A stretch of DNA of 33,730 nucleotides from Bacillota bacterium (lineage in GTDB: Bacteria > Bacillota > UBA994). The notes under the pieces are model-generated. The model was not told where the DNA came from. It saw only the letters and a list, made by a program, of their open reading frames with translations, and did no database searches. Location: NCBI GenBank assembly GCA_018725275.1, contig QLUC01000003.1, forward strand, positions 1 to 33,730, in the 5' to 3' direction. Made by a program: the position numbers and the translations under genes. Shown in pieces: positions 7,950 through 18,071 of this stretch. The first letter of the stretch is position 1. Every line of letters starts with the position of its first letter.

Positions 7950-9920
7950 TTGACTATCTCCCAGTACATTTACTTGGTCGCCGTAGCAGCGTATGTGCTG
8001 CTCTTCCTCATGTTTAGTAGATTTTTTCTCTGGAAACGCTATGCTGAAAAACGCTACTGGCACGTTCGCCCCAATGTAACCATTTCCAGCATCTTAGAAA
8101 CAAGTAGGGTCTGCGAAAATCCATTGCCATTTTTTTCAATTCTCATTCCTGCCCGCAATGAATCCCAAGTAATCGAGAAAACCTTGCGACACATGCAGCA
8201 ACTCAATTATCCCAAAAATTCTTACGAAGTGATAGTGGTCACCGATGAAAAAGAAACTCTAGAAGCTGACCGCATCAAACCATCCACTATGAAGAAGACC
8301 CTTGCCTTCCTAATCGGCACCATGAAGGGGTGCCTTGAGCCATTGGGCAGTGAGGAACGTAGTCTTTCCCTTTCTGTGCTGAGTGAAATAGCCTTACTAG
8401 AATATCATACCACCAAGATGAAGGAGCACACGTGGCTCTCCCCCCTTGAATTGACCAATGAGCCAAGGTGGCGCTCGCGGGAGCTTATATCCACCCTGGC
8501 CACAGAGCTTATCCAGAGCCGCGGAAGGCTACACATGGGTCGTGTCTACTGCCTCTTGCGCCGTGCCTATCCGGGCAGTTCGGATGACGATATCGCCCGC
8601 CTTTACCCAAACTACCTTTGCTTAACCCTGCCCGTCATCGCCACCTTCGAAAGCCTAGCCGGTTCTTCCCATCCTCGCCTCCTGCATGCGGCCATAAAAT
8701 GCACCGCCCAGGCCGGACACAAGGTCACGCAAGACATTCTCGCTAGTTTTACTAATATCATTGCGCAAGGTATGTCTTCTTCTTTACAAAATCTCATCCA
8801 TACGGACGAAGTTCGCCATTTATGCCACGATGTCTATCCTTACTGCTTTCCCACCACGCAAAATATTGTCGCGCGAGTTTTAGGCGAAGGAAACATGCCC
8901 CACCCAGTAATCAAACATGTAGACGTTCCTCACGATTACGATGGATTATGGCTTAGCGGGCGCCAAGGTAGCCCTGTTCCCTCCACCAAGGGGCGCGCTT
9001 TAAACTATGCCCTGACGCGGGCGGTTTCTACTGAAACGGCCATCTGTGGTTTTTATGATGCCGAAAGTCGCCCGCAAGCTGATGTGCTGCTTTTTGTGGC
9101 CTATCAGAAGCTCACCCTAAAAAACGAAACAAAAATTTGGCAGGGTCCTGTCTTTCAAGTGCGCAATTTTTACGAAATGGGGCCATTTAGTAAGATAGCT
9201 TCCCTCTATCAAGCCATCGCTCATGACTGGTACTTGCCGGTGGTGTTTCGCCGCTTGCCATTTGTTGGCGGAACAAACCTCTATGTCGAGTTCAGCCTGC
9301 TTCAAGCGCTCGGTGGATATGACCACCAATCACTGACGGAGGACCTCGAGCTTGGCACGAGAGCGTACCTTACTACCGGGGCCTGGCCGGACTATCTACC
9401 CTATGCCAGTAGCGAGCAGACCCCCCCGAGTTTTCTCTCCTTTTATCGCCAACGCCTGCGTTGGGGAGCAGGGCACCTCCAGGTCATGGATAAAATACGG
9501 CGATCCGAGGGTAGTCCTCCGGCCCGCAAGGAACTTCTCTTACGGCATTTGTCTATTAAAGGTCCCTATGAATGGACTTTTTATCAGACCGTCACCTTAC
9601 TACCTCCCACCATGCTCTTTCTTTACCTGACAGGTAATGTCGACCCCAGCATCTTGCCTCCCTTTATCCGCATTCTTTTAAATGTCCTGAGCTTGGTGTA
9701 CATTTGTTTCACTTTCTATGCTTTTTTTCGCTATCGTCACTTCCTCGACCAAACGAGTCGCCCCCTCACTTGGTATGGCCATCTCGGAGTGGGAGCTGAA
9801 CTATGTTTCTTACCCCTAGCGGCCTTCTTTTTTCCGGTACCCTACACCAGCGCCATGATACTTAAAGCCATAGGGCGCTCACCAAAGACTTGGACCAAGA
9901 CCCCTCGCACCGGAGAATAA
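7950..9920 (+). CDS. Membrane-bound processive-type GT2 glycosyltransferase with a large internal insertion
   Basis: N-terminal TM, FSILIPARNE, VIVVTD, TKGRALNYAL, FYDAE, GGTN, LTEDLEL, QRLRW, three C-terminal TMs and a WTKTPR end; TTG start after GAGGTG. Confidence 0.88.
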   Translation: MTISQYIYLVAVAAYVLLFLMFSRFFLWKRYAEKRYWHVRPNVTISSILETSRVCENPLPFFSILIPARNESQVIEKTLRHMQQLNYPKNSYEVIVVTDEKETLEADRIKPSTMKKTLAFLIGTMKGCLEPLGSEERSLSLSVLSEIALLEYHTTKMKEHTWLSPLELTNEPRWRSRELISTLATELIQSRGRLHMGRVYCLLRRAYPGSSDDDIARLYPNYLCLTLPVIATFESLAGSSHPRLLHAAIKCTAQAGHKVTQDILASFTNIIAQGMSSSLQNLIHTDEVRHLCHDVYPYCFPTTQNIVARVLGEGNMPHPVIKHVDVPHDYDGLWLSGRQGSPVPSTKGRALNYALTRAVSTETAICGFYDAESRPQADVLLFVAYQKLTLKNETKIWQGPVFQVRNFYEMGPFSKIASLYQAIAHDWYLPVVFRRLPFVGGTNLYVEFSLLQALGGYDHQSLTEDLELGTRAYLTTGAWPDYLPYASSEQTPPSFLSFYRQRLRWGAGHLQVMDKIRRSEGSPPARKELLLRHLSIKGPYEWTFYQTVTLLPPTMLFLYLTGNVDPSILPPFIRILLNVLSLVYICFTFYAFFRYRHFLDQTSRPLTWYGHLGVGAELCFLPLAAFFFPVPYTSAMILKAIGRSPKTWTKTPRTGE

Positions 9921-9930
9921 CCGCCAGAAC

Positions 9931-9960
9931 TCGACAAGCGGTCTTTCCCTTTGGTACAAT
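9931..9960 (+). promoter_or_regulatory. Putative sigmaA promoter of csoR-DUF3147
   Basis: TCGACA-N18-TACAAT with an extended TG at 9952-9953. Confidence 0.6.
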
Positions 9961-9987
9961 AAAAAAGGATCCCCTTGATGGGGATCC
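9961..9987. promoter_or_regulatory. Palindrome: candidate CsoR/RcnR-family operator and/or minus-strand intrinsic terminator
   Basis: GGATCCCC-ttgat-GGGGATCC (9967-9987) between the -10 and the RBS. It is preceded by A6, which reads as hairpin plus T6 on the minus strand. Confidence 0.65.
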
Positions 9988-10001
9988 GAGGGAGGAAGCT
10001 C

Positions 10002-10298
10002 ATGGAACAACATACCCAGAACAAAAATGTTATTACCAGGCTAGCGAAGATCAGTGGCCACCTTGAGGCAGTGAAAAAAATGGCGGCAGAGGGGCGAGAA
10101 TGCAGCGAACTACTCACCCAACTGTCTGCCATCATCGGCGCACTTAATGGGGTCAGCCGGGTAATTCTCGAAGACCACATCAGTCACTGCCTCGTGGGAT
10201 CAATTGGGGAGGGCAAACAAGAATCACTAGATAAACTCTTTGATGCCGTTGACAAGTACTTGGGCACAAATACGAAACGCCTTGAGAGCCCACACTAA
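10002..10298 (+). CDS. CsoR/RcnR/InrS family metal-sensing repressor
   Basis: RLAKISGHLEAVKKM...REC...LTQLSAI...LEDHISHC; ATG 10002 after GGGAGG. Confidence 0.92.
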   Translation: MEQHTQNKNVITRLAKISGHLEAVKKMAAEGRECSELLTQLSAIIGALNGVSRVILEDHISHCLVGSIGEGKQESLDKLFDAVDKYLGTNTKRLESPH

Positions 10299-10318
10299 GG
10301 TTAGAAGGAAGTTTTAAC

Positions 10319-10666
10319 ATGCAATTTGTCGTAAAAACCATCATTTCTGCTTTGCTTATCGCGACTATATCTACAGTTAGCCGCCGTCTGCCCATGCTCG
10401 GCGCTATCATCGCCTCGTTGCCGTTGACCTCGATCCTAGCTATGATCTGGCTCTATACCGACACACAAGATATCCACAAAGTGATTGCTTTATCCCAGGG
10501 TATTAGCTGGATAATACTACCTTCATTAGTGTTTTTTATTGCTTTTCAACTATTGCTCAGGCGAAACATTCACTTTTACCCGGCCTTGGCCATGGCCTCC
10601 TTGGTCATGATCGCCGCTTACTATGTCTACCTCAATATTCTCGGACGATTTGGTGTGCGCTTATAG
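10319..10666 (+). CDS. DUF3147 family small membrane protein (about 4 TM)
   Basis: KTIISALLIATISTVSRR.PMLGAIIASLPLTSILAMIWLY.DT...W.ILPSLVFF pattern; strongly hydrophobic. Confidence 0.8.
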   Translation: MQFVVKTIISALLIATISTVSRRLPMLGAIIASLPLTSILAMIWLYTDTQDIHKVIALSQGISWIILPSLVFFIAFQLLLRRNIHFYPALAMASLVMIAAYYVYLNILGRFGVRL

Positions 10667-10670
10667 TACT

Positions 10671-13121
10671 CTACTCCTCCAAAGACTCAGGCTTCTGTAC
10701 CACCCTAGCGATCGCCACTACGGAGTCGTTTTGGTCGAGGCGGATAATGGTCACGCCTTGCGTGGAACGACCAAGTTGCGAGATGCTCCTCATGTCCATG
10801 CGGATAATGATGCCTTGCTCCGTGATGACCATAAGATCGTCTTCTGAATTGACAGCGCGCAGGCAGACCACTTCACCATTGCGCTCCGTCATCTTGACGG
10901 TGCGTATGCCTTTGCCGCCCCTGGTCTGTTTACGGTATTCCTCGATGGCTGATCTTTTGCCAAAACCATTTTGTGTCACCACGAGCAGAGCGACGCCTTC
11001 TTTAACAATATCCATCCCGATACAGTAATCACCTGGCTCTAACTGTATCCCCTTGACTCCTTGGGTGTCACGACCCATGGCGCGCACATCGCCCTCATCA
11101 AAGCGAATCGCCATGCCGAGTCGCGTGCCAAGCACAATCTCTTGTTGTCCGTCGGTGACGCGGACGGCAATGAGTTCGTCATTCTCTTTTAAAGAAATGC
11201 CAATCAAACCATTGTTTCTGATAGAGGCATACTCCATTAGACTCGTCTTCTTGACCATGCCTAGGCGGGTGGCCATAAAGAGGTACTCTTCCGTCGCCGC
11301 TGTCTCCTTTAAGGGAATGACGGCGGTGATTTTTTCTTTGGCCTCGAGCGCAATGAGATTGACAAGGGCCAACCCGCGAGCCTGTCGGCTAGCCTCGGGC
11401 ACCTCATGCACCTTGGTGCGGTATACCCGACCCTTGCTGGTGAAAAAGTATAGATAGTGATGCGTCGTGGTGATGAAGAGATTCTCGACGAAGTCTTCTT
11501 CGCGCGTGCCCATGGCGGTTACACCGCGTCCGCCGCGCCGCTGACTGCGGTAAGTCTCTAGCGGCAGGCGCTTAATATACCCTTGGTGGGTGAGGGTGAC
11601 GACAACATCTTCTTCGGCAATAAGGTCTAGGGTGCCCAAGTCGGCAACCGTCTCGACTATTTCGCTGCGCCTTGCGTCGCCATGGCGTCTTTTGATATCG
11701 CTAATTTCGCTCTTGATGAGGGCGAGGAGGATTTTTTCATCGCCAAGAATGTTTTTTAATTGATTTATTAAAGCCGCTAACTCTCTTTTTTCATTTTCTA
11801 ATTTTTCACGCTCTAGCCCCGTGAGTCGGGCCAGACGCATATCCAAGATGGCCTGTGCTTGTTTTTCTGAAAAAGTGAACGCGGCCATGAGGTTTTGTTT
11901 GGCCAATTCCGTGGTTGCCGAAGCGCGGATGGTGGAAATAATGGCGTCAATATGGTCTAGCGCGTGCAGCAATCCGGCGATGATATGGTCTCTGGCTTCG
12001 GCTTTGTCTAAGTCAAACTTAGTCCGGCGACTGACCACTTCTTTTTGGTGCTGTAGATAATAGTGGAGCATCTCTTTTAGGGTGAGGGTCCGGGGCTGCC
12101 CATCAACGAGGGCGAGCAAGATTACGCCAAAGGTCGTCTCCATTTGGCTGTGTTTGTGTAGCTGGTTTAAGATGACCTCGCTATTGGCATCACGGCGTAG
12201 CTCGATGACGACCCTAATGCCCTCGCGGTCGCTCTCGTCGCGCAGGTCGGTGATGCCCTCAATCTGCTTATTCCGCACCAGTTCAGCAATACGCTCAATC
12301 ATCTTCGCTTTGTTGACTTGGTATGGGACCTCGTTGACTATGATCCTAGTCTTACCATTGTGCATCTTTTCGAGGCGAGTTTTGGAGCGAATACGCACCG
12401 AACCTCTGCCGGTATGATAGGCCTGCATGAAACCATCACGTCCGAGAATTAAACCACCGGTTGGAAAGTCCGGCCCTTTGATGTGCTGGGTCAGCTCGGC
12501 GATCGTGATCTCGGGGTTGTCAATCATAGCAATCACGGCGTCAATCAATTCGCTTAAATTGTGGGGGGGGATATTCGACGCCATCGCCACCGCAATGCCC
12601 GAGGTGCCATTGGCCAAAAGGTTAGGAATGCGCGCCGGCAGCACTAAGGGCTGTTCAAGGGTGTCATCAAAATTAGGGCCCATGTTGACGGTGTTCTTGT
12701 CTAGGTCGGCCAGCATATCCATGGCGAAGGTTTCGAGGCGCGCCTCGGTATAACGCATGGCCGCAGCGGAATCTCCATCGATAGAACCGAAATTACCATG
12801 GCCATCAATCAAAGGATAGCGCGAAGAAAAGCCTTGCACCAGCCTAACCATGGTGTCGTAGATAACCCCATCGCCATGCGGATGATACTTACCTAAAACC
12901 TCGCCCACGATGCGCGCACTCTTTTTGTGTGGTTTGTCAGGGGTGAAGCCCAATTCGTGCATCGCATAGAGGATGCGGCGATGAGCCGGTTTTAAGCCAT
13001 CCCGGACATCAGGCAGGGCCCTCGCGACGATGACACTCATGGCATAGTTGATGTATGATTTCTGAACCTCGTCTTCTATCTTGATTTTTTCGATGCGTCC
13101 GTGAGTATAGTCCATTATCAT
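10671..13121 (-). CDS. gyrA: DNA gyrase subunit A
   Basis: [18 protein letters not shown], catalytic AAMRYTE, GyrA-box QRRGGRG and C-terminal pinwheel repeats; follows gyrB at oriC. Confidence 0.98.
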   Translation of the reverse strand: MIMDYTHGRIEKIKIEDEVQKSYINYAMSVIVARALPDVRDGLKPAHRRILYAMHELGFTPDKPHKKSARIVGEVLGKYHPHGDGVIYDTMVRLVQGFSSRYPLIDGHGNFGSIDGDSAAAMRYTEARLETFAMDMLADLDKNTVNMGPNFDDTLEQPLVLPARIPNLLANGTSGIAVAMASNIPPHNLSELIDAVIAMIDNPEITIAELTQHIKGPDFPTGGLILGRDGFMQAYHTGRGSVRIRSKTRLEKMHNGKTRIIVNEVPYQVNKAKMIERIAELVRNKQIEGITDLRDESDREGIRVVIELRRDANSEVILNQLHKHSQMETTFGVILLALVDGQPRTLTLKEMLHYYLQHQKEVVSRRTKFDLDKAEARDHIIAGLLHALDHIDAIISTIRASATTELAKQNLMAAFTFSEKQAQAILDMRLARLTGLEREKLENEKRELAALINQLKNILGDEKILLALIKSEISDIKRRHGDARRSEIVETVADLGTLDLIAEEDVVVTLTHQGYIKRLPLETYRSQRRGGRGVTAMGTREEDFVENLFITTTHHYLYFFTSKGRVYRTKVHEVPEASRQARGLALVNLIALEAKEKITAVIPLKETAATEEYLFMATRLGMVKKTSLMEYASIRNNGLIGISLKENDELIAVRVTDGQQEIVLGTRLGMAIRFDEGDVRAMGRDTQGVKGIQLEPGDYCIGMDIVKEGVALLVVTQNGFGKRSAIEEYRKQTRGGKGIRTVKMTERNGEVVCLRAVNSEDDLMVITEQGIIIRMDMRSISQLGRSTQGVTIIRLDQNDSVVAIARVVQKPESLEE

Positions 13122-13130
13122 CCCTCATCC

Positions 13131-15074
<1,944 letters not shown>

Positions 15075-15130
15075 TTATCATAGCAGGTATCTACTCCGTG
15101 TTGTAGTAAAAGATTCGTGATTTGTCACGG

Positions 15131-15388
15131 CTACGTGAATTTTGTTTTACTGAGAAAGTTGCTGCGCCGGCGCAAGGTAGCACCGGCTATGGCGGAGAGA
15201 TATATTTTGTCATTGGTCACGACAAATGCCTTGGGAATCTGATCGTTAGCCACGTTGACGTGCATGTTGCGTGAATGTGTTTGCTTGAGAAATTCTCTGG
15301 TTGACACTGCCTTGGCAGTCTTGATATCAAAGACACCGATAACCTGGTCACTAGGGATAATAAAATCCCCACCCAAATGAAGAAACAC
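15131..15388 (-). CDS. remB: RemB/YaaB (DUF370) family protein
   Basis: MFLHLGGD...IIGVFD-like segment, K.FVVT...IYLS.I...TL.RR; syntenic between recF and gyrB. Confidence 0.88.
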   Translation of the reverse strand: MFLHLGGDFIIPSDQVIGVFDIKTAKAVSTREFLKQTHSRNMHVNVANDQIPKAFVVTNDKIYLSAIAGATLRRRSNFLSKTKFT

Positions 15389-16497
15389 TAAATCACCTTG
15401 CCTTGCCGAATATTTATGATATTGCAGTATTCTCTATCGCCTGACCATGGCCACTCTAGTGTCTCCGTACCGGTGATGAGCGCTTGAACCCTGTCACTTA
15501 AAGTAGCAAGCAGCAGTTGACGGCGTTTTTGATCGAGCTCAGAAAAGACGTCATCAAGGAGTAATATGGGGTAATCGCCGGTAACTTTATACATGTACTC
15601 CAATTCGGCCAGCTTCAAGCTAAGTACTGCGGTGCGTTGTTGTCCCTGCGAGGCATAGTCTGCGGCCGATAGTCCGTTGATCAAAAAAAACAGATCATCA
15701 CGATGAGGCCCTATGGTGGTAATGCCACGGGCAACTTCCTCTGTTTGTCTTCTCTGTAGACTTTCAGTGACTTCAATTGGGGTATAGAGATGGCTATTTT
15801 TGACTAATGAACTCATGTACTTTAAAGAAAGGTTCTCCTTGCCTTGATTAATGCCCTTACTGATGGCGGCATAAGAGGTGGTCAATTCGTTGACTGCCTT
15901 AAATCTGCGTTCCGTTACTTGACAAGCCAAGGTAGCTAGTTGCTCGGTCCAGGGCCAAATTTCTGTAGGGCGCATTCTTCCCCTTTGTACTGCCTTTAAA
16001 CATTCGTTCCTTTGTCTGAGTACCCTACCGTACTGCTGTAGTACGCTAAGGTATACCCGGTCAATTTGCGAAAGCAAGATGTCAAGAAATCGTCGGCGAA
16101 GTCCAGGTGCCCCTTTGATGATATTCAAGTCATCGGGAGAGAAACACACAACATTAAGGATGCCTATAAAATCAGCAAGGCGTACTACGGGAACTCCTGA
16201 AACCTTGGCTTGTTTCTTGTTTTGTTTTTGTGAGTAGCTTATTTCTAGAGTATGTTTAATATTTCCTTGAAGGACGGCTTCTCCACTAACATAAAAGTTG
16301 TCTCTGTCAATGAAAACCATGTCTTTTTCGTGGGCTTGACGATACGACTTGGTGGTGGCCAAGAGAAACAGCGACTCAAGTAGGTTACTCTTACCTTCAC
16401 CATTACTGCCGACGATAAGGTTGATATGGGGAGAAAATGAGACATCTTCCGCGAAGTAGTTGCGAAAATTCCTCAGTCTAACGCTCTCTACCCACAT
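15388..16497 (-). CDS. recF: DNA replication/repair protein RecF
   Basis: NFRNY, Walker A GSNGEGKSN, RRRFLD, GPHRDDL, SQGQQR and LLLDDVFSELD. Confidence 0.97.
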   Translation of the reverse strand: MWVESVRLRNFRNYFAEDVSFSPHINLIVGSNGEGKSNLLESLFLLATTKSYRQAHEKDMVFIDRDNFYVSGEAVLQGNIKHTLEISYSQKQNKKQAKVSGVPVVRLADFIGILNVVCFSPDDLNIIKGAPGLRRRFLDILLSQIDRVYLSVLQQYGRVLRQRNECLKAVQRGRMRPTEIWPWTEQLATLACQVTERRFKAVNELTTSYAAISKGINQGKENLSLKYMSSLVKNSHLYTPIEVTESLQRRQTEEVARGITTIGPHRDDLFFLINGLSAADYASQGQQRTAVLSLKLAELEYMYKVTGDYPILLLDDVFSELDQKRRQLLLATLSDRVQALITGTETLEWPWSGDREYCNIINIRQGKVI

Positions 16498-16498
16498 T

Positions 16499-16696
16499 CT
16501 AGGTGATTAGATAAATCTGGCTATCTATAGTGACCTGGTCACCAGGATACAGTTTGCGGCCGCGGCGCTCTTCTTTTTCACCATTAACCAACACCAGATT
16601 ATTGATTAAATAGTTTTTCGCTTCTCCCCCACTAGAAGTGATGTTAGTGTTTTTAAGAAATTGTCCCAGAGTTATATGTTCTTTCACCACTATCAC
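16499..16696 (-). CDS. yaaA: S4-domain RNA-binding protein YaaA
   Basis: ITLGQFLK...SGGEAK...VNGEKEERRGRKLYPGD; syntenic between dnaN and recF. Confidence 0.93.
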   Translation of the reverse strand: MIVVKEHITLGQFLKNTNITSSGGEAKNYLINNLVLVNGEKEERRGRKLYPGDQVTIDSQIYLIT

Positions 16697-16720
16697 CCTC
16701 TTCGTCTCTAGGATTGATCA

Positions 16721-17836
16721 CTACGATAATCTTACCGGCATGACCAAACTCCAGTAGTTTTTCTCATTTTTCATACTTTGAACCACCACGGGACCAAATT
16801 GACCGGTAAAGGACATTTTGACATCGCCATAATCCAAGGCGCGCATAATATCACTGAGAACTTTATTATTAAAAAATATGTCTAGATCCTCACCGTTTTT
16901 TTCTATAGGCCATTCCTCATAATGGCTGCCAAGTTCGGCTGAATGCGCTCTGATACAGAGTATCTGATTGTTAAAATTTAATCTTACGATACCAGTAAGG
17001 AGATCCTTGGTCATAATGGCGCATCTATCTAAGGCGGTCAGTAGAATTTTTGGGTTTAACTGGACTACCGTAGTGAAATTTGTGGGAACATATTGGTCGA
17101 CATTGATATATCTTCCTTCTAGTAACTTAGAAACCATCGTGGTATTCCCTATTTGAACAAGACAATGGTTTTTACCTACCGCTACTTCGACAAGCTCGTC
17201 AGTTTCGTCAAGTAGCCGTAATAGTTCATGGACAGCCCTTCCCGGCATGACCATGGAAAATTGAGTTTCGTCTTGGTCTACCAATGATTCCTGGCGGGAG
17301 GCCACTTTAGTGCCATCAGCCGCTACGAGCCGGAGTTTGTTAGCCTGGTATTCCCATAGCATGCCGGTGAGGATGGGACGAATTGAATCCTGCGACATGG
17401 CGAAACTTACTTGTTTCAGCATGCTTTTCAACTGCTCTTGGGGGAGGGTGATTACGGTCAAGCCTTCGATATCCGGAATCTCCGGAAAAAAGGATGCAGC
17501 CATACCAACTAGCTCCATGTCGGAAAAACCGCTGCAAAGTTTAAGCACATGCCGCCCTTCGGCCACGTGCATACTAACTTCTTCGCTCGGGAATCTTCTG
17601 GCAGCTTCGCTTAACAGGCGCCCAGGTACTACGATTGACCCAGGAACAATTACCTCTGCTTTAATCTGGGCGGAAATAGCTAGTTCTAAATCATTTGCGG
17701 TGAGAATTAAGGAGTCATTTTCGGCGATTATCCTGACGCTAGATGAAGACTCTCCTAATTTGGAGCTCGTAGCCCTAGCTACATCCGTGGCGGCGGCGAC
17801 AAAATCATCTCTTCGCATAACAATTTTCACGGGCAT
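16721..17836 (-). CDS. dnaN: DNA polymerase III beta sliding clamp (divergent)
   Basis: 371 aa; LTANDLEL, RPILTG, KLLEG and C-terminal LVMPVRL; located directly downstream of dnaA. Confidence 0.95.
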   Translation of the reverse strand: MPVKIVMRRDDFVAAATDVARATSSKLGESSSSVRIIAENDSLILTANDLELAISAQIKAEVIVPGSIVVPGRLLSEAARRFPSEEVSMHVAEGRHVLKLCSGFSDMELVGMAASFFPEIPDIEGLTVITLPQEQLKSMLKQVSFAMSQDSIRPILTGMLWEYQANKLRLVAADGTKVASRQESLVDQDETQFSMVMPGRAVHELLRLLDETDELVEVAVGKNHCLVQIGNTTMVSKLLEGRYINVDQYVPTNFTTVVQLNPKILLTALDRCAIMTKDLLTGIVRLNFNNQILCIRAHSAELGSHYEEWPIEKNGEDLDIFFNNKVLSDIMRALDYGDVKMSFTGQFGPVVVQSMKNEKNYWSLVMPVRLS

Positions 17837-18071
17837 CCTCCGTTCTAAATAATCAAAGCGTGCATAGAATGATTAGTTAAGAAATCGTAGTGCTAGTAGT
17901 AAGGGCTGTGGAGATGTTATTAAGTGGGGAAGATGTAGAGCACATCGTCTCTAAAGGGCGCTGTTAGGTTGTGAGTAATTGTCATCAACTATGCGGCGAG
18001 CTAGGGATAAAGTTGGTCCATAAAATTAGTCCACAAGAAAAAGTGGATAAAGTGAGCAAGGGTGTTGATTA
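17837..18071. other. oriC, dnaA-dnaN intergenic part with basal unwinding system
   Basis: Minus strand TTAATAACA/ATCTCCACA overlapping boxes, GCCC, then TACTACTAGCACTAC trios (17888-17923) and an AT-rich tail. Further degenerate boxes such as AGTGGATAA at 18042-18050. Confidence 0.85.

Noticed and set aside
8256-8849. GT2 insertion as an intein or mobile element
   Set aside because: No splice-junction residues, LAGLIDADG motifs or terminal repeats.
10747-12753. Series of 79-134 aa plus-strand ORFs antisense to gyrA, and similar ones opposite nrdJ, dnaN, mnmE and mnmG
   Set aside because: Ser/Arg-rich shadow frames with no protein-like features, fully overlapping conserved genes.
15116-15129. 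CGTGA-tttg-TCACG inverted repeat upstream of gyrB as a Crp or Rex site
   Set aside because: Short, and the spacing does not match either consensus.
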